39,490 bases of DNA, from assembly GCA_022570885.1 (NCBI GenBank), contig JACZYW010000002.1:1-39490 (forward strand), given 5' to 3'. The stretch's first letter is position 1; every line of letters starts with the position of its first letter. Both the position numbers and the translations under genes were made by a program. The notes under the pieces were generated by a model. It made no database searches, was not told the DNA's origin, and worked only from the letters and a program-made list of their open reading frames with translations. Shown piece by piece: positions 8,578 to 15,275 of the stretch. This DNA comes from Chloroflexota bacterium (GTDB lineage Bacteria > Chloroflexota > Dehalococcoidia > DSTF01 > RBG-16-68-14).

Positions 8578-8701
8578 ATACTTTTGTTGCCACCTGTACC
8601 TATGCTATGCTCGTTCAGCTTCGCCTCAGTCTAGCACGCGACGAATTATAGACGCAACCGCCTCTCCCACGCGAACGTTCTCGGCAAGGAGGCCGCCGTC
8701 C

Positions 8702-9559
8702 ATGAGCCGCGTCGGCATCGTCACCGACAGTACCGCTTGCATCCCAGCGGAGCTAGCGGCCGAGCGCCGGATCGAAGTAGTTCCCCTCCACCTGGCCTTC
8801 GGCGAGCGGATCTACCTGGATGGCATGTCCTCTGACACCGCCGAATTTTACGAAACGCTTCGCACGACCCGCCAGGCGCCCACCACCGCCGCGCCGCCGC
8901 CCGGCGTCTATGCCGAAGCGATCCTGCGGGCGGGCAAGGACGCCGATGCCGTGCTCTGTCTCACGGTCTCTCGCCAGTTCAGCGCCATGTACGAAGCTGC
9001 CGTCCAGGGCGCCGCGCTCGTCAGCGAACAGGAGCCGAGCCTCGACGTGCGCGTGCTCGATTCCGGCGCCGCCGCCATGGCCCAGGGCTTCGTCGTGCTG
9101 GAGGCGGCGCGCGCGGCCGCAGAAGGCGCCGCTATCGAACAGCTGATCGCGCGGGCGGAGACGCTGATGCCGCGGGTGCAGCTCCTCGTCGCCCTCGACA
9201 CGCTGGCGTACTTGGCGCACAGCGGGCGGGTACCGCGTCTCATCATCTGGGCCGCCTCGCCGCTGCGGATCAAGCCCATCGTCCAGTTCCAGAAGGGCAA
9301 GTACCGCCCTATCGCCATCGTGCGCACCATGCGAGGCGGGGTAGAGCGACTGCTCCAGGCGCTAACGCGGCGGACAGAGGGAGGCGTCCTGCACGTCTGC
9401 GTGCACCACACGAACGTTCCCCAGGAAGCGGAGGCGCTGGCGGAGCGAGTTCGCGACACGCTCCAGCCGAAGGAGCTGCTGATCGCGGAGTTCAACCAGG
9501 TGATGGGCGTGCACACCGGCCCCGGCCTGCTCGGTTTCGCCTTCTACACGGAGCCCTAG
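8702..9559 (+). CDS. DegV family fatty-acid-binding protein
   Basis: ORF 8441..9559 trimmed to the ATG at 8702, preceded by AAGGAGG. MSRVGIVTDSTACIPAELAAERRIEVVPLHLAFGE... is a typical DegV N-terminus. Confidence 0.9.
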   Translation: MSRVGIVTDSTACIPAELAAERRIEVVPLHLAFGERIYLDGMSSDTAEFYETLRTTRQAPTTAAPPPGVYAEAILRAGKDADAVLCLTVSRQFSAMYEAAVQGAALVSEQEPSLDVRVLDSGAAAMAQGFVVLEAARAAAEGAAIEQLIARAETLMPRVQLLVALDTLAYLAHSGRVPRLIIWAASPLRIKPIVQFQKGKYRPIAIVRTMRGGVERLLQALTRRTEGGVLHVCVHHTNVPQEAEALAERVRDTLQPKELLIAEFNQVMGVHTGPGLLGFAFYTEP

Positions 9560-9623
9560 CGACGGTCGAATCGCCCTCTGCGCCCTGGCTCAACACCTCC
9601 GTTCTATCCTATACTGGCAGCGC

Positions 9624-10229
9624 ATGATCGTTACCCAACCCACGGTGCGCCGCGACGATGTAGCGCGAATTCTGGCTGAAGTCAACGCCGACGGCCCACA
9701 ACGGCAACGGCCGGCGCTCGTCGTGCTGGTTGGGCTGCCCGCGAGCGGCAAGAGTCGCGTCGCCGGCGAACTCCGAGAGCGCACCGGCGCAGCCGTCCTC
9801 GAGAGCGACGCGCTTCGCCGCCTCCTCTTTCCGCAGCGCACGTACTCGGCCGGGGAGAGCCAGCAGCTCTTCGCCGCCATCCACGCCGCCATCGACGAGC
9901 TGCTATCGGAGGGCGCGACGGTGGTGCTGGACGCGACGAATCTCGCTGAGGAAGAGCGGACGCCTTTGCGCGACATGGCCGCGCGATGGGATGCCAGGCT
10001 CGTCTTCGTGCGAGTCACCGCGCCCGATTCGCTGATCCGGCGCCGCCTGGCGAACCGCAGCGTCGACGACGTCGACGGCTCCGAGGCGGACGTCCGCGTG
10101 TACGAGCGCATGCGCTCGCGGATAGAGAAGCTACCGCAGCCGCATCATATCGTCGATACTTCCCAGGAGATCGGGCCGGTGCTGGCGGTCATCGCGAAGG
10201 AGTTAGGCGCGAAGGAGAGAGCATCGTGA
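9624..10229 (+). CDS. P-loop kinase-like ATP-binding protein (AAA_33 / zeta-toxin-like fold)
   Basis: 201 aa. Walker A VLVGLPASGKS, then VVLDATNL as a Walker B-like strand. A TATACT box ends 8 nt before the ATG. Confidence 0.7.
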   Translation: MIVTQPTVRRDDVARILAEVNADGPQRQRPALVVLVGLPASGKSRVAGELRERTGAAVLESDALRRLLFPQRTYSAGESQQLFAAIHAAIDELLSEGATVVLDATNLAEEERTPLRDMAARWDARLVFVRVTAPDSLIRRRLANRSVDDVDGSEADVRVYERMRSRIEKLPQPHHIVDTSQEIGPVLAVIAKELGAKERAS

Positions 10230-10948
10230 GCAGAGAAAAGCGAAGATCATCACTCGGCTCCAGCAGGCGCACGCCGGTTAAGGCGAGCGCTGGCGGTGGC
10301 CGCAACGTCCCCTGGACGCCGATCGTGGTCGTCCTCGGCCTCGCCGCTGTCGTCGGGCTCGTCGGTTTCCTCATCTGGCAGGTATCCCAACCGGCGGGAG
10401 AGGGCTCCGGCATCGCTGCCGAAGCTGACGACGATCCCAACCTGCCGGGAGAGTGGGTGGACCTCCCCTCGATCTACGGCGACCCCTATAGCGCCACCGC
10501 CTCACACGTGAGCCGAGACGTCGATTACGCAGCAGACCAGGGCGAGCTACCTCCGGTCGGCGGCCCCCACTGGGGCACCGGCGCCTGCGTGACCGATGAG
10601 GACGGTAATCCCGCCCCGACCGCCTTCTGCGGACCTGCGCCCTGGGGCATCTACCGGGAAGCCTGGGAGCCGGAGACGGTAGTCCACAACATGGAGCACG
10701 GCGGCCTGGTCCTCTGGTACAACACCACCGATCAGGCTATCATCAACGAACTTGAGGACATTATCAGAGGCCGTCTAGATCGAGGAGATCTGCTCGTGAT
10801 GCTGCCGCTCCCCGATATGGAAGAAGAGACGATCGCCCTCACCGGCTGGTCGCGCCGCGATAAATTCCCGGTGAGCGAATACACCGAGGATCGGGTGAAC
10901 GAGTTCATCAACAAGCACGAGCGGCGCTTCAACCCGGAGAACCAGTAG
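10226..10948 (+). CDS. membrane-anchored DUF3105-like protein
   Basis: ORF 9986..10948 trimmed to GTG 10226, which overlaps the kinase stop as GTGA. It has a basic N-terminus, one TM segment (WTPIVVVLGLAAVVGLVGFLIW) and a HNMEHGGLVLWYN motif that I associate with DUF3105. Confidence 0.65.
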   Translation: MSREKRRSSLGSSRRTPVKASAGGGRNVPWTPIVVVLGLAAVVGLVGFLIWQVSQPAGEGSGIAAEADDDPNLPGEWVDLPSIYGDPYSATASHVSRDVDYAADQGELPPVGGPHWGTGACVTDEDGNPAPTAFCGPAPWGIYREAWEPETVVHNMEHGGLVLWYNTTDQAIINELEDIIRGRLDRGDLLVMLPLPDMEEETIALTGWSRRDKFPVSEYTEDRVNEFINKHERRFNPENQ

Positions 10949-10955
10949 AGAGCGG

Positions 10956-11798
10956 CTACGACTCCGGCAGCGCCCCGGCCAACCGTCGCACGGCAGGATA
11001 GGCCCAGCGCTGAAGCGCCAGCGCCGCCAGCAGCCCCAACGGGACCACCGCCAGGCCCGCGATCCCATCCAGGATGTAGTGGTTCGCCGTGAAGATGATC
11101 GCGGCGAACTGGCCGATGGGCATGAACACGGCCAGCGTTCGTAGCCACAGGTTTCGCGTCGCCCAGAAGAGCACGCCGCCCACCAGCACGGCCCAGCCGA
11201 CGTGGAGGCTGGGCACCGCCGCATACGGGTTCACGAACGGCTGCATCGACTGCGCTTGGTAGCTGAGATTGCTGTGCACATTCAACGTATCGACGAAGCT
11301 GAAGCCGTACTCCGGCGGCAGCAGGCGCGGCGGCATCACCGGGTACAGCTGGTAGACGACGAGCGCGATCGCCCCCGACGCCAGCACGGCATCGCGCGCC
11401 ACGGTGTACTGGTGTCGATGCGAGAAGTAGAGCCAGAGCCCGACCACGACGATCAGCGGGAAGTCCAGCCAGAAATAGATCGCGTTGAAGAGCTGGATCA
11501 GCGCGCCGTAGTCGAGGATCGCCTCGTTCAGCCACGGTTCCCAGAAGAAGCCGAGCGAGCGCTCCAGGTCGATAATGCCGGCGGCGTTGCCCAGCGCCTC
11601 GTCGCGCCGGTCCACCACGCTGCCACGCACCAGGAAATAGAGGAGGAACGCCAGCGCCACCAGGCCGATCTCCAACGCGTCGCGGAAGATGCGACGCCGG
11701 CTCACGGCCTCGATCAGCCTGCGGGACGCAACACCGATTTCTACCGCCAAGACAGCCCTCCGGCGCTCTTTGCGTTTTTCCTCACCGCAGCGTATCAT
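10956..11798 (-). CDS. PAP2-superfamily membrane phosphatase or phosphotransferase
   Basis: 280 aa, polytopic. PAP2 C2/C3-like motifs PSLHVGWA and ANHYILDGIAG. The start codon is uncertain. Confidence 0.75.
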   Translation of the reverse strand: MIRCGEEKRKERRRAVLAVEIGVASRRLIEAVSRRRIFRDALEIGLVALAFLLYFLVRGSVVDRRDEALGNAAGIIDLERSLGFFWEPWLNEAILDYGALIQLFNAIYFWLDFPLIVVVGLWLYFSHRHQYTVARDAVLASGAIALVVYQLYPVMPPRLLPPEYGFSFVDTLNVHSNLSYQAQSMQPFVNPYAAVPSLHVGWAVLVGGVLFWATRNLWLRTLAVFMPIGQFAAIIFTANHYILDGIAGLAVVPLGLLAALALQRWAYPAVRRLAGALPES

Positions 11799-11823
11799 GC
11801 CCTTACTTCTCAGGGGCAGTAAC

Positions 11824-12005
11824 CGTAGGCCGGGCGAGGTCGGACGCTAGCCCGACGATGACAGGCTGAAGCCTGTCCCACGGTATGGGATTCTAGGCCG
11901 GGCCTTTGCCCGACGATGACAGGCTGAAGCCTGCCCCACAGTAAGGGAGTAGGTCGGGCTTTAACCCGACGCACCGCCGGCCGTAGGTCGGGCCTTCAGC
12001 CCGAC
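11824..12005. repeat. dense array of intergenic hairpin repeats upstream of pepA
   Basis: GACAGGCTGAAGCCTGTCCCAC occurs at 11860-11881 and, with 1 mismatch, at 11918-11939. TAGG(C/T)CGGGC-loop-GCCCGAC hairpins occur at 11894-11914, 11950-11970 and 11984-12005. Confidence 0.85.
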
Positions 12006-12021
12006 AATCGAGAGGAGCGCT

Positions 12022-13668
12022 ATGGAGATCCGTGTTGAGCAGGGCGATATCGCCCGATACCCAGCCGACGCCATCGTCGTCAACCTGTTCGACGGCGTCA
12101 GGAAGCCCGGCGGCGGCACCGGCGCCGTCGATAGCGCGCTGGACGGCGCAATCTCGCGGGTGATCCGCGACGGCGACTGCCGGGGCAAGGAGAACGAGTT
12201 CACCCTGATCCACTCGCTGGGCAAGATCCCGTCGCCGCGAGTGCTGGTGGCGGGGCTGGGCAAGGCAGAGAGCTTCACGCTGGACAAGGTGCGAACCGTC
12301 GCCGCCGGCGCCGCTCGCTATCTACGGGGTCGTCGCTGCAAGACGATCGCCACGATCACCCACGGCGCGGGCATCGCCGGCCTCGATCCGGAAGCGTGCG
12401 CCCAGGCCATCGTCGAGGGCACCCTCCTCGGCCTCTACACCTTCAACCGCCACAAGAAGCCGAAGCCGGACGAGACCGAGGTGCGCGAGCTGGTGCTCGT
12501 CGAGTTCGACCCGTCTCGAATCGATGCGCTGCGCCGCGGCGTCGAGCGGGGCGTGGCGCTGGCCGAGGCGGCCAACTTCGCCCGCGATCTGTCGAACGAG
12601 CCCGGCAACCACCTCACGCCGACCGATCTGGCCGAGCGGGCCCGCGCGCTGGCGGAGGAGACCGGGCTGGAGTGCACGGTGTACGACCAGCCGTGGATGG
12701 AAGAACAGGGGATGGGCGCGCTCCTCGGCGTGGCGAAGGGGAGCCATCAGCCGCCCAAGTTCATCGTCCTGCGCTATCGAGGCAGGCAGTCGCTCGCGAT
12801 CAGGAAGCTGCTGCGAGAGTTGAAGCAGGCGCGAGCCGAGGACAAGCAAGCAGAGGCGAAGAAGATCCGCGAAGAGCTACGTACGGAGCACGGTTACTAC
12901 ATCTCTCGCCAACCTGCGAAGCCCACCCACCTGGTGCTGGTGGGCAAGGGGATCACGTTCGACACCGGCGGCATCTCGATTAAGCCGGCGGCGGGCATGG
13001 AAGAGATGAAGGGCGATATGTCCGGCGGCGCCGCCGTCATCGCCGCGATGGGCGCGATCGCCCGGCTGAAGCCGGCGATCAACGTCACCGCCATCGTTCC
13101 CGCCACGGAGAACATGCCCGGCGGCAGCGCCACCAAGCCCGGCGACGTGCTGCGGACGATGAGCGGCAAGACGATCGAGGTGATCAACACCGACGCCGAA
13201 GGCCGCCTGATCCTCGCCGACGGCCTCGCCTACGCCCGCAAGCTGCGCCCCACGTTCATCGTCGATGTCGCCACGCTCACCGGCGCGATCTCCATCGCGC
13301 TGGGCAACGTGGCGATGGGGGCGATGACCAACCACGAGCCGCTGTACGCTCGCATCCAGCGAGCCGCCGGTGTCGCCGGTGAGAAGGTGTGGCAGCTCCC
13401 GATGTTCGACGAGTACAAAGAGCAGATCAAGAGCCAGGTGGCCGACATGAAGAACGTCGGCGGGCGGGGCGCCGGCTCGATCACCGCCGCCTTCTTGCTG
13501 AAGGAGTTCGTCGGGGACACGCCCTGGGTGCATATCGACATGGCCGGCGTCGATTTCTACAGCCAGGAGAAGGGCATCACCGTGAAGGGCGCCAGCGGCA
13601 TCCCCGTGCGCACCCTCGTCCACCTGGCGCTGGACCTGGCGAGCGACCCGCTGGAGAATACTGTATAA
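12022..13668 (+). CDS. pepA: leucyl aminopeptidase (M17) with a ~45-aa charged insertion
   Basis: 548 aa. VGKGITFDTGGISIKP and NTDAEGRLILAD are M17 signatures. GAGGAG precedes the ATG. Confidence 0.93.
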   Translation: MEIRVEQGDIARYPADAIVVNLFDGVRKPGGGTGAVDSALDGAISRVIRDGDCRGKENEFTLIHSLGKIPSPRVLVAGLGKAESFTLDKVRTVAAGAARYLRGRRCKTIATITHGAGIAGLDPEACAQAIVEGTLLGLYTFNRHKKPKPDETEVRELVLVEFDPSRIDALRRGVERGVALAEAANFARDLSNEPGNHLTPTDLAERARALAEETGLECTVYDQPWMEEQGMGALLGVAKGSHQPPKFIVLRYRGRQSLAIRKLLRELKQARAEDKQAEAKKIREELRTEHGYYISRQPAKPTHLVLVGKGITFDTGGISIKPAAGMEEMKGDMSGGAAVIAAMGAIARLKPAINVTAIVPATENMPGGSATKPGDVLRTMSGKTIEVINTDAEGRLILADGLAYARKLRPTFIVDVATLTGAISIALGNVAMGAMTNHEPLYARIQRAAGVAGEKVWQLPMFDEYKEQIKSQVADMKNVGGRGAGSITAAFLLKEFVGDTPWVHIDMAGVDFYSQEKGITVKGASGIPVRTLVHLALDLASDPLENTV

Positions 13669-13698
13669 TACGAGCCCTGCCAGAGTGCCATGTGGCTG

Positions 13699-14049
13699 TT
13701 AGCCATCACTGGCACGTTCTTCATCATGCCAATGATATAGAGTAGGGAACCGCCTCATCGACTCAAGTAGATGATCCAACTCATCCGAAGTCATGAGGCT
13801 GATTGGTTTGAGCTGTACCCTCATGAGCCGCTCAACCTCCTCTAACGGAAGCTGCTGGCTAAATGCACGGACGTTGCCAGGAATGAGCAAGGGGGCATTG
13901 GATGGCAGAAGGCGAGCTTTCTCAAGTATCTGCACCGTTTTCTGGCGAGGGTTTTTTGTCTCGCCGCTCAGTACACGCTCCAATGTCGACCGGTGCACAT
14001 TGTTTTCGCGTGCCAGTTGGCTAATGTTGACGGAGAGACTACGCGGCAT
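13699..14049 (-). CDS. XRE/Cro-like HTH transcriptional regulator (low-GC island)
   Basis: ORF 13699..14058. I prefer ATG 14049, which has AAAGGA 11 nt upstream; TTG 14058 is the alternative. NISQLARENNVHRSTLERVLSGE is a helix-turn-helix pattern. Local GC is clearly lower than in the flanks. Confidence 0.6.
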   Translation of the reverse strand: MPRSLSVNISQLARENNVHRSTLERVLSGETKNPRQKTVQILEKARLLPSNAPLLIPGNVRAFSQQLPLEEVERLMRVQLKPISLMTSDELDHLLESMRRFPTLYHWHDEERASDG

Positions 14050-14084
14050 ATGTCGCAAAGTCCTTTGCTACAATATGGACTCCT

Positions 14085-14113
14085 AAAATAGGGCAACTCA
14101 GAAAGAAGTGCAA
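14085..14113 (-). promoter_or_regulatory. promoter of the island HTH gene
   Basis: On the minus strand: TTGCAC (14113-14108), a 17-nt spacer, then TATTTT (14090-14085). The motif TTGCTACAA (14065-14073) lies in the predicted 5' UTR. Confidence 0.55.
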
Positions 14114-14135
14114 GCTTGATTAGACGAATAAGCTC

Positions 14136-14163
14136 TTGACTATTTGCTGCAATGTTGTAGCAT
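14136..14163 (+). promoter_or_regulatory. promoter of the small-ORF/Dcd-like unit, overlapped by inverted repeats
   Basis: TTGACT (14136-14141), a 16-nt spacer, then TAGCAT (14158-14163). The inverted repeat TGTAGCAT (14156-14163) / ATGCTACA (14179-14186) covers the -10 box. A second inverted repeat is TTGCTGC (14144-14150) / GCAGCAA (14168-14174). Confidence 0.5.
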
Positions 14164-14224
14164 ATACGCAGCAAACAAATGCTACACGTGGATAGCAATC
14201 TTGCGAGAGGAGTTAGAGATTCTA

Positions 14225-14530
14225 ATGGGAGAAAAGACTAGAGCTCCAGCTGGACGAGTCCCCTTGGAGTGCGTGATTTTCCCGGGTATGTTCTCCACTG
14301 AGCGCCGGGTTGAGCTAAGAATCGGAGACAAGGAATATGTCACGTACGCTGACGAGGAGTTTCTCACCATTAGCGATGAGCCCAGTGAAGGCGGGGGCAA
14401 AAAAGGTATGGTATGGGTTAAGGTCAGGCGTGATTTGCCTGACGCATATGTCGTTGCGCTTCCTGAAGAGACCCTATCCGCAGGAGAATTGATTACTGTC
14501 CCGAAAAACGCGGTGCAAGAAGTCGTATAG
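14225..14530 (+). CDS. hypothetical 101-aa protein (no family recognised)
   Basis: ORF 14144..14530 trimmed to ATG 14225, with GAGAGGAG 12 nt upstream. MGEKTRAPAGRVPLECVIFPGMFSTERRVELRIGDKEY...SDEPSEGGGKKG...VWVKVRRDLPDAYVVALPEE...LITVPKNAVQEVV. Low GC, same strand as the Dcd-like gene. Confidence 0.5.
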   Translation: MGEKTRAPAGRVPLECVIFPGMFSTERRVELRIGDKEYVTYADEEFLTISDEPSEGGGKKGMVWVKVRRDLPDAYVVALPEETLSAGELITVPKNAVQEVV

Positions 14531-14605
14531 GTTGTTCACCAGGGCACCCTGCCCTGATTACAACCAGGGATAGACCACGTGCCTGCCTTCATACATATGG
14601 TTTAG

Positions 14606-15220
14606 GTGAATAAACGCCACATCAGAAGGAACGCCTCTTTGATTCTTGCTCACGATGACATACTGAAGGATCTCAAGGCCGGTGATCTGATCATCGGAAG
14701 GCCTGGCGAGCAACAATTCGAGGAAGATCAGATCCGCGAATCGTCTATCGATCTCCCTATCGGGAGTGAGTTTTTTCGGTGGAGAAGGCATGACGAGATA
14801 GAGCGAGATCCGGGACTCAGCACTGAGGCAAGTCGCATCGGGTTGAGTCTCCCACCTAAACAGCTGGCCGAAGAGCTGCAGCGATTGCAGAGCGTTTTCA
14901 CAGAGCGATCACAAATTGGGCCTGACGGAACATTCAGGTTGCAGCCGGGTGATTTCGTTCTAACTCAGGTTGGACAGTTCATTCAGTTGCCAGATTACTT
15001 GGCAGCACGAGTAGAAGGCAGGACCAGATTTGCCAGAGCGGGGCTGGAAGTCCACAGCACAGCGCCTACCATACGTGTAGGCTGGGGAGGCCACATCACA
15101 CTTGAGTTGAAGAATGTTGGGCCGTTAGTTTTCCTCCTGAGTCCTGGCGACAGAATCTGCCAGCTGATACTGGAGCGCGTCCTCACGCCACCTGCTGTTA
15201 AGCTGGAGTCTCAGTACTAA
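14606..15220 (+). CDS. dCTP deaminase (Dcd)/dUTPase-fold protein with a shortened C-terminus
   Basis: 204 aa from GTG 14606, or 193 aa from TTG 14639, which has GAAGGA 9 nt upstream. From memory, E. coli Dcd motifs are matched as follows: SIDLPIG (SVDLRLG), LQPGDFVL (LHPGELAL), GRTRFARAGLEVH (GRSSLARLGLMVH), and GWGGHITLELKN (GWSGCIVLEFYN, with the catalytic Glu codon at 15104-15106). Confidence 0.8.
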   Translation: MNKRHIRRNASLILAHDDILKDLKAGDLIIGRPGEQQFEEDQIRESSIDLPIGSEFFRWRRHDEIERDPGLSTEASRIGLSLPPKQLAEELQRLQSVFTERSQIGPDGTFRLQPGDFVLTQVGQFIQLPDYLAARVEGRTRFARAGLEVHSTAPTIRVGWGGHITLELKNVGPLVFLLSPGDRICQLILERVLTPPAVKLESQY

Positions 15221-15275
15221 CGTACTCTCTATTGGGAACTGTTCCGGCGGGGCCGATCGACGATTCATAAGGCCC

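Noticed and set aside
8668-8680. The GAACGTTC core considered as a LexA (Cheo-box) SOS operator
   Set aside because: The Gram-positive SOS box is GAAC-N4-GTTC, and here the half-sites abut with no spacer. The neighbouring genes (rpsO, degV, coaX) are not SOS genes.
14558-14791. 77-aa minus-strand ORF overlapping the start of the Dcd-like gene; also 14182..14400 (-) and 13793..14086 (+)
   Set aside because: They are antisense to better-supported genes, have no RBS and have no recognisable motifs.
13669-15240. The low-GC island considered as a prophage or integrative element with att sites
   Set aside because: There is no integrase, recombinase or structural phage gene, no tRNA target, and I could not find convincing direct repeats at the two borders. 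It is only 1.55 kb, so I treated it as a small acquired module of unknown mobility.
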